Assembly (NCBI GenBank): GCA_013166835.1
Contig: JABLTI010000018.1
Location: 1 to 46,644, forward strand
From: Promethearchaeati archaeon
GTDB taxonomy: Archaea > Asgardarchaeota > Heimdallarchaeia > JABLTI01
Length of the DNA: 46,644 bases
Reading direction: 5' to 3'
The notes under the pieces: model-generated
Told to the model about the DNA's origin: nothing
Databases searched by the model: none
The model's input: the letters and a program-made list of their open reading frames with translations, nothing else
Program-made: the position numbers and the translations under genes
Shown: positions 16,817 to 27,052 of the stretch, piece by piece
Layout of the letters: each line of letters opens with the position of its first letter
How positions within the stretch are numbered: the first letter of the stretch is position 1

Positions 16817-16907
16817 TTTTTCACCTAACTAGTCACTTATGGGTAGAAACAGGAGACCTTTTAACTTACCTTAGTTTCTATTGGAACTAACATTTATTCC
16901 TAACTAA

Positions 16908-16920
16908 TTTATAAACTTTA
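16908..16920 (-). promoter_or_regulatory. Probable TATA box/BRE for the 16097-16816 gene
   Basis: TAAAGTTTATAAA on the minus strand ~90 nt upstream of the ATG, implying a ~65-70-nt leader. Confidence 0.45.
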
Positions 16921-17056
16921 CTCACCCCGTCTTCTAGTGGAATTTTCCCCTAAACACAGAAAAAACACAAAAATGATAGCTAACTAAAAAGTTCCATCTC
17001 AAAAGGACAACTTTTTATCAATAATCGTCCCTAATATTTCTAGTGAGGAATCTTTA

Positions 17057-18238
17057 ATGGCGTTAAAGAAATTAGAAGGCATGATATGGGGACGATTCAT
17101 AACCCTACTCTTGTTAATTGCAATACCATTATTTTATGTTTTAATGGTAGTGGGATCTCTTCCACAACTTGGTTGGTTCAATCCTGCAATAATTACCTAT
17201 GAAGATTTCACCCGTTTGGGACCTGTGCACTGGGGTATACCGTTTTTGAACGATACTTGGGCAAAAGTGTTTGTTTATGGTTTTCTACCAGTTTTCTTCA
17301 GTTTACCGTGGGTTGCTTTTCTCTTCATTGACAGAAATAGAGTTGCTGAAACCTTTGAAAACATGGGTAGAGCATTGAGAAAAGTTAGCCTCGGGTTAGG
17401 TCTTTTCTATAGCGTTAGTGCACTTATAATCTTTATTTTCTTTATTTTACCTTTTGGATCACCGATAATTGGTGTTTTCGTATCATTTGGTTTGATCCCT
17501 TGGGCAATTAAGAAAAAGACCGGACGGAATCTGCCTTGGTGGATATTGCTCATTCCGAGTTTACTGTTATCAGCCATACCAATTGTTTTGGCAATTGGAT
17601 TCTGTACAAATTATGGTGAAATTTGGAATAGTCTTTGGACCTTCTGGTCTGGAATAGGTAGTGGAACAACATTACAAGAACTGGGATTTGCTCATTATAT
17701 GTGGGGCTTTGGATATTCAGTTGCAATAGGAGCCGTTTTTGCTGGATTTGCAAACTTTGTCTATGAAGGGGCTTCCTATATGGATCACTTCACAAAGAAA
17801 CCAAAAGGTCTTCTATATATCGTTGAATTTGTGGTTGCTGCTGTGGTCTTTACTCTTTATATGATCTTTCCAGTATCTGCGAGAACCGGTGAAATTATGT
17901 TTTACATCATAAGTGGTCTTGCTATATTAGTTGGTCTAACTGAATTTATAATGCGCTTTTTCAGAAAGAGAAGACGATCCGATAGAGAAAATGTTCCTGT
18001 TGGTGCTTTAGTTATGGTGCCACTATTCATTGCTGTTGATCTTGTTCGATTAGCTGGAACAACTGAAATCCGAAATGCTGCAATAACTGCTGCACTGGGA
18101 TTGGTCTGTATCGTTTACCTAGTACTCTTCCTGATGGCATATTCATTCGCTGGAGAAACCTACAAATCTCGTTGGAGTAAAGGATACGGCGATGACGAAG
18201 ACGACGATGATGACGAAGATGTATCTGATGAAGACTAG
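17057..18238 (+). CDS. Uncharacterized multi-pass membrane protein with acidic C-terminal tail
   Basis: About 9-10 hydrophobic segments; ends GDDEDDDDDEDVSDED; GTGAGG SD. Confidence 0.8.
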   Translation: MALKKLEGMIWGRFITLLLLIAIPLFYVLMVVGSLPQLGWFNPAIITYEDFTRLGPVHWGIPFLNDTWAKVFVYGFLPVFFSLPWVAFLFIDRNRVAETFENMGRALRKVSLGLGLFYSVSALIIFIFFILPFGSPIIGVFVSFGLIPWAIKKKTGRNLPWWILLIPSLLLSAIPIVLAIGFCTNYGEIWNSLWTFWSGIGSGTTLQELGFAHYMWGFGYSVAIGAVFAGFANFVYEGASYMDHFTKKPKGLLYIVEFVVAAVVFTLYMIFPVSARTGEIMFYIISGLAILVGLTEFIMRFFRKRRRSDRENVPVGALVMVPLFIAVDLVRLAGTTEIRNAAITAALGLVCIVYLVLFLMAYSFAGETYKSRWSKGYGDDEDDDDDEDVSDED

Positions 18239-18262
18239 TTGCAAAAGCAATTAGTTTTTTTC
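18234..18262 (+). terminator. Hairpin plus U-tract overlapping the stop codon
   Basis: ACTAGTTGC-AAAA-GCAATTAGT followed by a T run. Confidence 0.6.
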
Positions 18263-18368
18263 TATTTTTCTTTTTAATGTAGAGTTTTAGTACTTTTATT
18301 AGAAAAATTGATAATAGATGTTAAAGTGCATAAATTTCACAAGAAAAATTGTTTGAGGTATATTTGTA

Positions 18369-19838
18369 TTGAGTAAAACTTGGTCTGAACTTTACATGGA
18401 TTCGTATCAAGAAGTAACTAGTAATCTGAAACGTATTAATGGAATTGCTATTGGTTTCAACACTAATGTAGATGCCATTTATCATATGCGATCTGATTTA
18501 ATTGTAGATTTAATTCATAAGCTAGGAATTGATAGTGTTGCTCTTTACAAAAAAGTAGTGAAATGGAAGGGTAGTATAGAAGATCCTGAAGACTTTATTG
18601 CTGGATTATGTGGTTGTTTTGAGAAAGGTAGAGCCAGCGAATGGATAATCCAAAATGAAGAAACGTATAATTATCTTTTAGAAAATCTGCCAAGAGAAAG
18701 AACTCTTAGAATGGGTGGACAAGTAGGCATAATGGCTAATGTTTTGTCCGAGTTAGGTGTACCAAAAGTAATTGTACATACAAGCACATTACCTAAGGAA
18801 CTAAAAAATCTCTTTGTGAAAAGCAAGAACATAGTTATACCAATACATGATAAAAACGGAAATATCACTTTCACACAACCCCGAAAAGTAAAGAGCATAG
18901 ATGACAGATTGTTTCTTCACATCATCTCGGAGATAGATAAAGGAGATGGTATTAAGATTGGCAACATAAAATGGATTTGTCCAAGAAATAATCGATTTAT
19001 TGCGACATTTGATCCACCAAATGCAAAACTCGATATTAATCTTAGTTTTTCTGATGGTATAAATGATATAGCAAAATTGATTGATGTCTTAATTATTTCA
19101 GGTTTTCATATGTTGAATTCTAGCGAACTCGGAATTGAAGGTGTCAAGGAGAGAATAAAAGCTGTATTGAATTTAATACAGCAAGCGAAACAAGCAAATC
19201 CAAAACTCCTTATCCATTTAGAACTTTCAAGCACGAAAAATGAAATGATTTTAAGAGAGCTGTTTAACTTATCTAGAAAAGATGATTATTTTGATAGTCT
19301 AGGATGCAATGAAGTAGAGCTAGCTGAAGTACTAAACGTAATTGGCGAGTCGAAGCTCTCGAAGAATCTTTCCCTAGAACCAACTCAAGCAAAGTTTTTA
19401 CAAGGATGTCTAAAAATTTGTCAAAAGCTTTCTTTAAAACGCTTACATTTTCACCAATATGGAAGTTATGTTCTTTTTACAGAAACTGGTTATTTGGCTT
19501 CAAATGAAAAACTAAAACAAGCATTGTGTTATGCATCAATAATAACAGCCTATAAAGCTCTCACTGGTGAAACCAAGAAGAAGATTGATTTGGTCACTAA
19601 TTTTGACTTGAAGATCCTTAATTCGCGTTTTCATAAATCTTTCAAAGAAATTGCTGCTGTTTTAGAGAATGAAAATATAATTACTAAAGAGGAGTTCCTT
19701 ACAAAAGGTATTGCGACATACAATGAATACAATTTGATCGTCATACCTACATTAAATGTTAGCAAACCAAAATACACTGTTGGATTAGGAGATACAGTTT
19801 CATCAACAACTCTTGCAGCAGAAATTACCCTAAGATAA
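18369..19838 (+). CDS. ADP-dependent glucokinase/phosphofructokinase
   Basis: GFNTNVDAI, RMGGQVGIMAN, PRNNRFI, SGFH, NEVEL, TVGLGDTVS (catalytic Asp). Confidence 0.93.
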   Translation: MSKTWSELYMDSYQEVTSNLKRINGIAIGFNTNVDAIYHMRSDLIVDLIHKLGIDSVALYKKVVKWKGSIEDPEDFIAGLCGCFEKGRASEWIIQNEETYNYLLENLPRERTLRMGGQVGIMANVLSELGVPKVIVHTSTLPKELKNLFVKSKNIVIPIHDKNGNITFTQPRKVKSIDDRLFLHIISEIDKGDGIKIGNIKWICPRNNRFIATFDPPNAKLDINLSFSDGINDIAKLIDVLIISGFHMLNSSELGIEGVKERIKAVLNLIQQAKQANPKLLIHLELSSTKNEMILRELFNLSRKDDYFDSLGCNEVELAEVLNVIGESKLSKNLSLEPTQAKFLQGCLKICQKLSLKRLHFHQYGSYVLFTETGYLASNEKLKQALCYASIITAYKALTGETKKKIDLVTNFDLKILNSRFHKSFKEIAAVLENENIITKEEFLTKGIATYNEYNLIVIPTLNVSKPKYTVGLGDTVSSTTLAAEITLR

Positions 19839-19881
19839 TTTATGAATAAGTTGAAATTAACTAAAATTGGAGTTATTTTCT

Positions 19882-20793
19882 TTGACAAAGTTTGTTCTTG
19901 TATTTGGTGGGACTGGAAATTATGGCAAATATATAGTTGAGAGTTTAGTAGCGAAGAATATTCCTGTTAAAGTCTTTACTCGAGATGCTTCAAGAGCAAA
20001 ACAGAAACTAGGCATGAAACCCGAGTATTTTGAAGGGAACGTCATGGATCAGGAATCCATTTTCAAATCACTTGAAGATGTAAGAGCAATCATTATCAGT
20101 CTCTCAGCTATGCATCCTAAATTGATTCGAAAGCAAAAGGAAATTGAACATGATGCTGTAATGACTATTTTAGATGGTGCAGAAAAGAAGAACATTAAGC
20201 GAATCGTTTTCATATCTATTTATGATATGCGAAAAGAATTAATTGAGAAACTAAAACTCGATGTTGGTTTACTTAAAATGGCTATTGAAGAAAGGTTAGC
20301 TAATTCAGAATTCTTTAATTGGACTGTCTTGGGTTGTCCTCCTTCATATATGATTTTCACTAGATTTACACGAAAGAGAATTATGATAGTACCTGGCGGT
20401 GGATCTCCTCTTATGCCTTCTATTGCACCACAGGATGTTGGTGAAATTGCAGCTCAGGCTTCGATAAGAGATGATCTGAATAGAAAGCGATTCAGAATGA
20501 CGTTTTCAAAACCTTTTGCCTTTCCTGAAGTTGCAAAGCTTTTTACAAAAATCCTTGGCAGAGATATAAAATACCGCAAACTGCCGTTAATTGGTTTGAA
20601 AATAGCTTCGATTGTCAGTTATCCGTTCAATCCATATCTTAGACACTTAGTAAAATACGTTGGATTACTCAATAATTTTCCCGAAGAATTCGCTAAAAAA
20701 GCTAAAGATGATCATGAATTATTGAGAATCGCCTTTGATTATCAACCAATGACTTTAGAGGATTATATAAGAAAACAATATAATATCTCTTGA
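19882..20793 (+). CDS. NmrA-like / atypical SDR NAD(P)-binding protein
   Basis: VLVFGGTGNYG Rossmann motif, KRIVFIS, IAPQDVG. TTG 19882 follows GGAG. Confidence 0.85.
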   Translation: MTKFVLVFGGTGNYGKYIVESLVAKNIPVKVFTRDASRAKQKLGMKPEYFEGNVMDQESIFKSLEDVRAIIISLSAMHPKLIRKQKEIEHDAVMTILDGAEKKNIKRIVFISIYDMRKELIEKLKLDVGLLKMAIEERLANSEFFNWTVLGCPPSYMIFTRFTRKRIMIVPGGGSPLMPSIAPQDVGEIAAQASIRDDLNRKRFRMTFSKPFAFPEVAKLFTKILGRDIKYRKLPLIGLKIASIVSYPFNPYLRHLVKYVGLLNNFPEEFAKKAKDDHELLRIAFDYQPMTLEDYIRKQYNIS

Positions 20794-20834
20794 AATCATT
20801 GGCTTTTGAAATCTGTCTGCTGATTAACATCATA

Positions 20835-22298
20835 TTATTTGAGTTTCTCAAATATTGCTGGCTTAAGCATTGGTTCTGCATCAATTTCTAAATGAGTAAT
20901 TTCTCCTTGAAAATTATCTCTGAATGTAACATATTTTGTGACACCAAACCCACCAAGATGTGTTATTGTAATGGTGAATGTCTCATAATGATAATAATTA
21001 GTTTCAAGATTCGAATCCTTTCCATATTTTGCTTTTAGTGCATTCTTCTCGAGATAGAATTCGAGTTCACCATAACCTGGATGATGGTAGATTCCTACAT
21101 AATGCTCTAATGGGTGAGATGGTTTCGTGTTCTTCTTCTTAGGATCCTTTATTTCTTCTTTGTTCGCCATTGCTTGAGCTTGTTTTTCCTCAAATTCTTT
21201 TAGTTTCAATCCCCAGTCAATAGGCTCAAAACCAAGAATTTGATCAGCAATGTGGTAATTCAGTATAAAAGGTAAATTACTTCCAGATGTATTGGAAAAA
21301 ATAGCATACCCAATATTCTCATCAAGCATAAAACCTCCATTAAAAATAATGCCTGGTCCTGTTCCGAGATGCTGATTAATTCTAGCTCCTCTGTAATCAA
21401 TTGCCCACCAACCCAATGCAAATCCATAATTTTGAACATAATTTTCTCCAGGAGTTATTATTGAAAATGGATTTCTATCAATTCTTTGTGTTTGGTAAAG
21501 CTCATTTAATACTTTAGCAGATATTAGCTCCTTGTCTTTTACTTTTCCTCTATTAAGGTGGAATTGAATCCATTTAGTCATATCTTTAAGACAAGAATTA
21601 AAATTACCAGTTCCTGCTGCAACATATTTCAGATCAGGATAGAATTCTTCAATGAAATCATCATCGGTTTTTCTATAACCTTTTGAATAATCATCAGATT
21701 TTAGTGATTCTGTAATAGAAAAGTTTGTATCTTTCATTCCCAGTGGTGCGAAGATTCTCTTCTCTATGAATGAAAAATAATCTTGTTCTGATAAATCTTC
21801 GACGATCTTAGCAGCAATGAAATAATTTAGATTTGCATATTTATGTATTGTACGAAATTCATGAATGAATTCTAAATATGGTAAGCGTTTAAAGACATCT
21901 TTGTAAGTCCAGTCTGAATTCATATAAGCGAATTGATGATGTGGTAATCCTGTTGTATGTGATAACACATCTCGTAGTGTGATTTTTTCAGTAACACTAG
22001 AATCTGTCATCTTGAAGTCAAGAATGTAATTTTTTATTGGTGTATCCCAATCTAATATTCCATCATCCACAAGCATTGCGATTGCAGTTGCAGTGAATGA
22101 TTTGGTGTGCGACCCTAATGGAAACAAAGTTTTAGCAGTGAAAGGTAGTTTGTTTTTAACATCCCGAAAACCAAATCCTTCCTCAAATAAAACTTCCTTA
22201 TCCGAAACAAATGAAACAGCAATTCCTGCATCTTTAAATAATGCAATGTGTTTTTTCGTGTACTCACTAAAAAGTTCAAAATCTAGTTCTTTTTTCAT
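20835..22298 (-). CDS. Serine hydrolase (class C beta-lactamase-like) with C-terminal DUF3471
   Basis: GSHTKSF (SxxK), LSHTTGL, YAN (YxN), HLG, YVGIYHHPGYG. Confidence 0.92.
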   Translation of the reverse strand: MKKELDFELFSEYTKKHIALFKDAGIAVSFVSDKEVLFEEGFGFRDVKNKLPFTAKTLFPLGSHTKSFTATAIAMLVDDGILDWDTPIKNYILDFKMTDSSVTEKITLRDVLSHTTGLPHHQFAYMNSDWTYKDVFKRLPYLEFIHEFRTIHKYANLNYFIAAKIVEDLSEQDYFSFIEKRIFAPLGMKDTNFSITESLKSDDYSKGYRKTDDDFIEEFYPDLKYVAAGTGNFNSCLKDMTKWIQFHLNRGKVKDKELISAKVLNELYQTQRIDRNPFSIITPGENYVQNYGFALGWWAIDYRGARINQHLGTGPGIIFNGGFMLDENIGYAIFSNTSGSNLPFILNYHIADQILGFEPIDWGLKLKEFEEKQAQAMANKEEIKDPKKKNTKPSHPLEHYVGIYHHPGYGELEFYLEKNALKAKYGKDSNLETNYYHYETFTITITHLGGFGVTKYVTFRDNFQGEITHLEIDAEPMLKPAIFEKLK

Positions 22299-22520
22299 TT
22301 CAAATCCTCTCATTTATTGTTAAACAGAATTAAATTTAGTATTTAAAACGGATTCACACTTTGGAGTCTCATTAAGAGTATTCCAATAGTGAGGTAACAA
22401 TAGGTGACTATAACCAGTTATCATTTCTTGTTGATTTGAAACAACATCTCCGTATATCATGTTGATAATATTTACGCTTTTAATATTCATACTACACAAG
22501 TAGTCTTGGTGGATAAAATA

Positions 22521-23027
22521 ATGGAACCACACAGCCCAGAACAAGACGTTAAAATTGTAGTTACAGGTCCATATAACGCTGGTAAATCTGAATTCGTTCA
22601 GAGGTTTGGCATAAAACCAATCAATGTAGCTGTTAATGGAACAACAGTAGGCTTAGACTTTACACATGAAATGATCGATGATTTTCACGTTCACATCTTT
22701 GGTACACCAGGTCAAGATCACTTTAAAGATGTCCAACAATGCGTAGCCCGTGGAGCTTCCGGAATTATACTAGTTTTAGATAGCTCTGATCCTTCGACTT
22801 TTGCTCAGGTAGAACAACTTACAAAAAGAATCAAGGCTGTTTGTGGTCGAGTCCCTCTTGTAATATGTGCAAATAAACAAGATAAAGATGGAGCGTTACC
22901 TCCTGATAGAATCAAACAAATGATTGGATTCAAAGGTAAAGTGATAGGTTCATCTGCATTGAAAGGTGAAGGGACAAAGACTACTCTTGTCGAGGTTTTG
23001 AAACAAATTCGTAAAGCTGAGGAATAA
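22521..23027 (+). CDS. Small GTPase, MglA/CvnD/Arf-like
   Basis: GPYNAGKS (G1), TTVGLDF (G2), FGTPGQ (G3), ANKQD (G4), SAL (G5). Confidence 0.9.
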   Translation: MEPHSPEQDVKIVVTGPYNAGKSEFVQRFGIKPINVAVNGTTVGLDFTHEMIDDFHVHIFGTPGQDHFKDVQQCVARGASGIILVLDSSDPSTFAQVEQLTKRIKAVCGRVPLVICANKQDKDGALPPDRIKQMIGFKGKVIGSSALKGEGTKTTLVEVLKQIRKAEE

Positions 23028-23046
23028 AAAAAAATAATGAAAAAGA

Positions 23047-23062
23047 GGATGTTTTTACATCC
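23047..23062. terminator. Hairpin between convergent genes
   Basis: GGATGT-TTTT-ACATCC flanked by an A-run upstream and a T-run downstream. Confidence 0.5.
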
Positions 23063-23102
23063 CTTTGATTTTCTTTCTTTTTTGATTCAACTAGATCTTA
23101 AT

Positions 23103-24095
23103 TTACATATAAAGAACGCTGTCCGCATCAATCTTATGATCATCATGAACTTCCCAAAGAGTTTCCTTCCCTCGTTTCTTTGAGGATTCGAAGATCTTGT
23201 CTTCTTCTTCTAAATGCCGTAAGTGTGCTTTCAATGTGAGGTCATCTACAAGTTCTTTCCATGGTTTGTACCATTCAATTCCAAGACTTAGATAGACTTC
23301 ATCACGAATGTCTTCAAACGTGCTTGCACCATTGGTTGTAAGAGTTACTAGAATTGTTTCTTCAAAAGTATGATGAGCGTGGAGTGCTTGCTTGATTAGT
23401 TCTTCTGCTTGACCACCAATATATGCCCCATCATAAGCCGGGCATAACATATCTGTTTTTGCTCTCGAGATGAATTGTAAGGCTTTTTCACGTGCTGCAG
23501 CGCTTCCAGTTTTGTCAATAAGATAATTACTGAATCTCATTGGATAAATATAGAGTTCAGCGCCAGTAAAGATTGCTTTCTGTTGGGAGCTAAAGATCAT
23601 TGAATGGCCTTGACTGAACCCTGGAAAAGCAACAACATAGAGTGTAGACTTTCCAAGTTTTATTTTATCATCACTCTCAAAAACAGCATCAACCTTAATA
23701 CCTTTCAATCGTTCCCATGGTTGATATGAAAATTTACCACCTTTTTTATCTGGTTCAAAGTGTTTTTCTGGTAAATACAAATATGGTTTTCTGATAGTAT
23801 CTTCTGCATCCTTGTGACAGATTAATTGTGCTTTGGTAAAAGCATCTTTGAGTCTTTTTGCTCCACCAATAGCATCATGATGCTCTCGAGTCAATATAAT
23901 ATGTTTTACATCCTTCTTTTTTCTGCCAGCATGCTCAATACATTCGACTATTTCGTGTTGTATGGTATCCCTAATGCCTGTGTCAATGATAGCTATATCA
24001 TCATCCATAATGATGTACACAGCATTTCTTTCTCCCCCTTGACCATGTTCGCCATAAACATTCCATATTCCGTCATTAATCTCATTATAGGTCAT
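23103..24095 (-). CDS. Metallo-beta-lactamase-fold protein with degenerate metal site and C-terminal winged helix
   Basis: NAVYII...AIIDTG and motif spacing match MBL, but the motifs read TREHHDA, FPGFS, FTGA, PAYD. wHTH-like TFEDIRDEVY...AHLRHLEEEDKI. Confidence 0.85.
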   Translation of the reverse strand: MTYNEINDGIWNVYGEHGQGGERNAVYIIMDDDIAIIDTGIRDTIQHEIVECIEHAGRKKKDVKHIILTREHHDAIGGAKRLKDAFTKAQLICHKDAEDTIRKPYLYLPEKHFEPDKKGGKFSYQPWERLKGIKVDAVFESDDKIKLGKSTLYVVAFPGFSQGHSMIFSSQQKAIFTGAELYIYPMRFSNYLIDKTGSAAAREKALQFISRAKTDMLCPAYDGAYIGGQAEELIKQALHAHHTFEETILVTLTTNGASTFEDIRDEVYLSLGIEWYKPWKELVDDLTLKAHLRHLEEEDKIFESSKKRGKETLWEVHDDHKIDADSVLYM

Positions 24096-24282
24096 TGTCT
24101 TACAACACCTGTTAATTTTTATGAAACAATTTTATATTCTAGAATTATTTTGAGTCTTCTAAAATAAGAACGTTTAGTTATTCATTACATCCTTAAAAGT
24201 GAGTATCAGACAATAAATATTAAGATTATTAGTTATTATAACTTCAAATACTTCAAAGTATTCCATTTTATGAGGTCTTAAT

Positions 24283-25845
24283 TTGTCAAAAACATCCTCT
24301 CGAGATATAAAGAAACGACTATTTGAATTTGCTCGAAATGAATTTGAGACTAAGAAACCTGAATATGTTGAAGTAAGAAAAGCAAAAGGTACAAAGACAT
24401 TTTATCGTGGTCCTGTTCCTCAGTTAATCTTAACCAGATACAAAGCAATTGCATATACAGTTTTTGCTGATTTTGGAACTCTATGTCGTTTATATTATTT
24501 TAATAAAGATGGCTATTGCATTAGAGATTCAAGTTATTCTGATCAACAATTGGAAAAGATTAAAGCTCACTTAACGAAAACGACAACAAGAGTATTAAGA
24601 TATCCAAAAATAGAAGTAAAACCAAAGATTGGTAATTTATCTGTAAAACTAGATAACCGATTTGCAGAAATTATTAATGAAATTGAGAATCTCATAAAAC
24701 TGAAACTACCAAGTAGACCAGTTATAACATTAAGTAAGAACCTAGGTCTAAATAGAGAAAAATTATTTGATAATATAAATCGAGAAGATGAATTTCTAGA
24801 ATTACCCTTTGGGATAGAAGAAACTGAATTTGCAGAGATTGTTCTTATTCAAAGTGCATTTTTCGAATTCACTAAATTGATATTTGTTAATAAAATAGCA
24901 TTAGCTAAAAATAAAGCTTCATTATTATCATTATTTTTCATTAATGATGTAAAATTACTTGATATCTTATCTGATTATCTTGATGTTACAAATTTTCTAC
25001 CAAAAGATTTCAAACAACAAAATCGAAAGAAAGAGTTGCCTAATGTAATCAAAATTTTGACTGATTATAATAATTATCTTTTAAGTAGTGATTTCGTTGA
25101 ATATGATTTCTATTCAAATCATAGATTTCAAGATAAATTCTTGTATTGTCTTTTATCTGAGTTTACAACTGAATCTGATCCAAAAACTCGACTTGTTAAT
25201 GTTCTTCTAAGAGAAATCCCAATAATAAATTCAGAAAAGAGGTATGAGATTGCTGCAAGACTATTGATAGTTGCTACATTCCTTGAGACTTTTTCAAGTA
25301 AAGGAGCTATATCCTCAGGTACATTAGGAATAGCGGATAGTTTAACAGATGACTCAAAAATTGTTCAATTTGTTAAAAAATTAGTAACCGATCTCTATAA
25401 TTTCCGTATTGAATCATTTATTAATTACTGGAGAAAAAACAAAAATCTTTTTACCGAATCTATTGAAGCAAAGTTTGATGAATTAACTGACACTGTTTTC
25501 AAGAAAATTATAGAACTGAATGCTGATTTTAGTACAAATACATTTGATAAACCTGGAGATATAATTATCAAAATCAGAAATAAATCAGATGCTAATTTAG
25601 GGTCACTAGTTGCTGAGGAAATTCATTGGACACCAGTTGAAGCGATGGAAATTATCGGGGAAAAGAGAAAAATACGGGCTAAATCCTTAGCACCTGGTGA
25701 AGAATATACACTAACTATACCAATAATCCCAAAGAAGGAAGGAACAATTAATTTCAGAAATCTCATGATAAGATTCAATGATCCCTTCGGGATAAAGCAT
25801 TTCGTCTCTTTACCGATTCCTTCTTTGAAAATAAAGAAAAAATGA
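24283..25845 (+). CDS. Uncharacterized protein with C-terminal Ig-like (CARDB-like) domain
   Basis: 520-aa ORF with GAGGT SD; C-terminal IRNKSD...SLAPGEEYTLTIPIIPKKEGTINF...FNDPFG beta-sandwich pattern. Confidence 0.75.
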   Translation: MSKTSSRDIKKRLFEFARNEFETKKPEYVEVRKAKGTKTFYRGPVPQLILTRYKAIAYTVFADFGTLCRLYYFNKDGYCIRDSSYSDQQLEKIKAHLTKTTTRVLRYPKIEVKPKIGNLSVKLDNRFAEIINEIENLIKLKLPSRPVITLSKNLGLNREKLFDNINREDEFLELPFGIEETEFAEIVLIQSAFFEFTKLIFVNKIALAKNKASLLSLFFINDVKLLDILSDYLDVTNFLPKDFKQQNRKKELPNVIKILTDYNNYLLSSDFVEYDFYSNHRFQDKFLYCLLSEFTTESDPKTRLVNVLLREIPIINSEKRYEIAARLLIVATFLETFSSKGAISSGTLGIADSLTDDSKIVQFVKKLVTDLYNFRIESFINYWRKNKNLFTESIEAKFDELTDTVFKKIIELNADFSTNTFDKPGDIIIKIRNKSDANLGSLVAEEIHWTPVEAMEIIGEKRKIRAKSLAPGEEYTLTIPIIPKKEGTINFRNLMIRFNDPFGIKHFVSLPIPSLKIKKK

Positions 25846-25849
25846 TAGT

Positions 25850-27052
25850 TTAGTAGAGCTCATAGGATCTATTCAAAAATCCTCGCCAAATCTCAGGCAT
25901 TTTACTCATTTGCTCTTGAACTATCTCTTCAATTCTTCGTTTGGTTTTACTTTCTTTATTTCCGCCGACTAATGCAACCTCAATTATATGTGGTTCAGTG
26001 ATCTTCTTACCAATTTTGCTAACAAGATAACAATCAACATTCTCAACACTGAGCTCATTAATAATTTCTTCACAGACTTTTTTTGCTGCAATATTGTAAG
26101 TTTTCCCAACATGACTAATGGGATTTTTACCAGCTGCTGCTTCAAGAGTCATTGGGCGATATGGTGTAATCAAACCGTTTGTTCGATTTCCTCTGCCAAC
26201 TTGTCCATCATCACCTTGTTCAGCAGAAGTTCCTGTTACAGTAAGGTAAAGACAATCATCATTGCCGGGAACGTCAGCTATGTTAACATCAACATTAATA
26301 TCTCCATCCCAGATTTTTGCAGCTAGGTCCAAGGTAAGACTTTGTACTTCTTCTTTAGTCGCAAAATAATGATCAACATCAACCAATTCTGTGCAAATCA
26401 TGGCACAAGCAATAGTGAGATCGATTTTATTCTTGTGTCGAACACCCATGACTTTAATGTCTTCACCAATTGCTGGATTTTTCTTTTTAGTTGCAGGATC
26501 ATTAAGCATTCTTTCGGTTTGATATGTTAATTTTTCAATTTTTGTTAGTGGAGCATAACCAATGCCTATAGATGTATCATTTGCTAATGGAGTTTCAGTA
26601 CTTTCTTCAAAATTTCCGACTAAATCTGTACTTCCTGATCTTATTTTGTAATCAACAATTATATCCTGTGCAATGTTTAAGTGTGGGAGGTCTTTTTGTA
26701 ACCAATCTTTAGTAGTTACAATGACTAATTTTCCAATTGGTAAAAATCTTCCATTGATTTGGGAATTTACTCCTACAGCTCGTCCAACTAAAAGAAGATA
26801 AATTGGTTCTAAAATTTCTCCGTAACCGATTCTTGCATCAGATTGTCCCCCAGCAAGTACAGCTTTATCGAGATTATGATGCAGAATTCTCCCTGTATTT
26901 TCGATGTACCACTTACTAACAGCAATACTCATTTCTTCAGCAGCTTTATCACACAAATAATCAGGATGACCTTGCCCTTTTCGTTCCACTATTTCCACAG
27001 GTAGTTTCGATGGAATTACATCCCTTCCATGACTTATGACTAGATTCTCCAA
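25850..27052 (-). CDS. mat: Archaeal-type S-adenosylmethionine synthetase
   Basis: [58 protein letters not shown]. Confidence 0.96.
   Translation of the reverse strand: MENLVISHGRDVIPSKLPVEIVERKGQGHPDYLCDKAAEEMSIAVSKWYIENTGRILHHNLDKAVLAGGQSDARIGYGEILEPIYLLLVGRAVGVNSQINGRFLPIGKLVIVTTKDWLQKDLPHLNIAQDIIVDYKIRSGSTDLVGNFEESTETPLANDTSIGIGYAPLTKIEKLTYQTERMLNDPATKKKNPAIGEDIKVMGVRHKNKIDLTIACAMICTELVDVDHYFATKEEVQSLTLDLAAKIWDGDINVDVNIADVPGNDDCLYLTVTGTSAEQGDDGQVGRGNRTNGLITPYRPMTLEAAAGKNPISHVGKTYNIAAKKVCEEIINELSVENVDCYLVSKIGKKITEPHIIEVALVGGNKESKTKRRIEEIVQEQMSKMPEIWRGFLNRSYELY

Noticed and set aside
16072-16860. Flanking inverted repeats as transposon ends
   Set aside because: No transposase motifs or target-site duplication; repeats are bulged and overlap the stop codon, fitting RNA pairing better than DNA termini.
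20835-22298. Antibiotic-resistance beta-lactamase
   Set aside because: No signal peptide; the DUF3471-bearing family comprises general peptidases/esterases, so resistance cannot be inferred.
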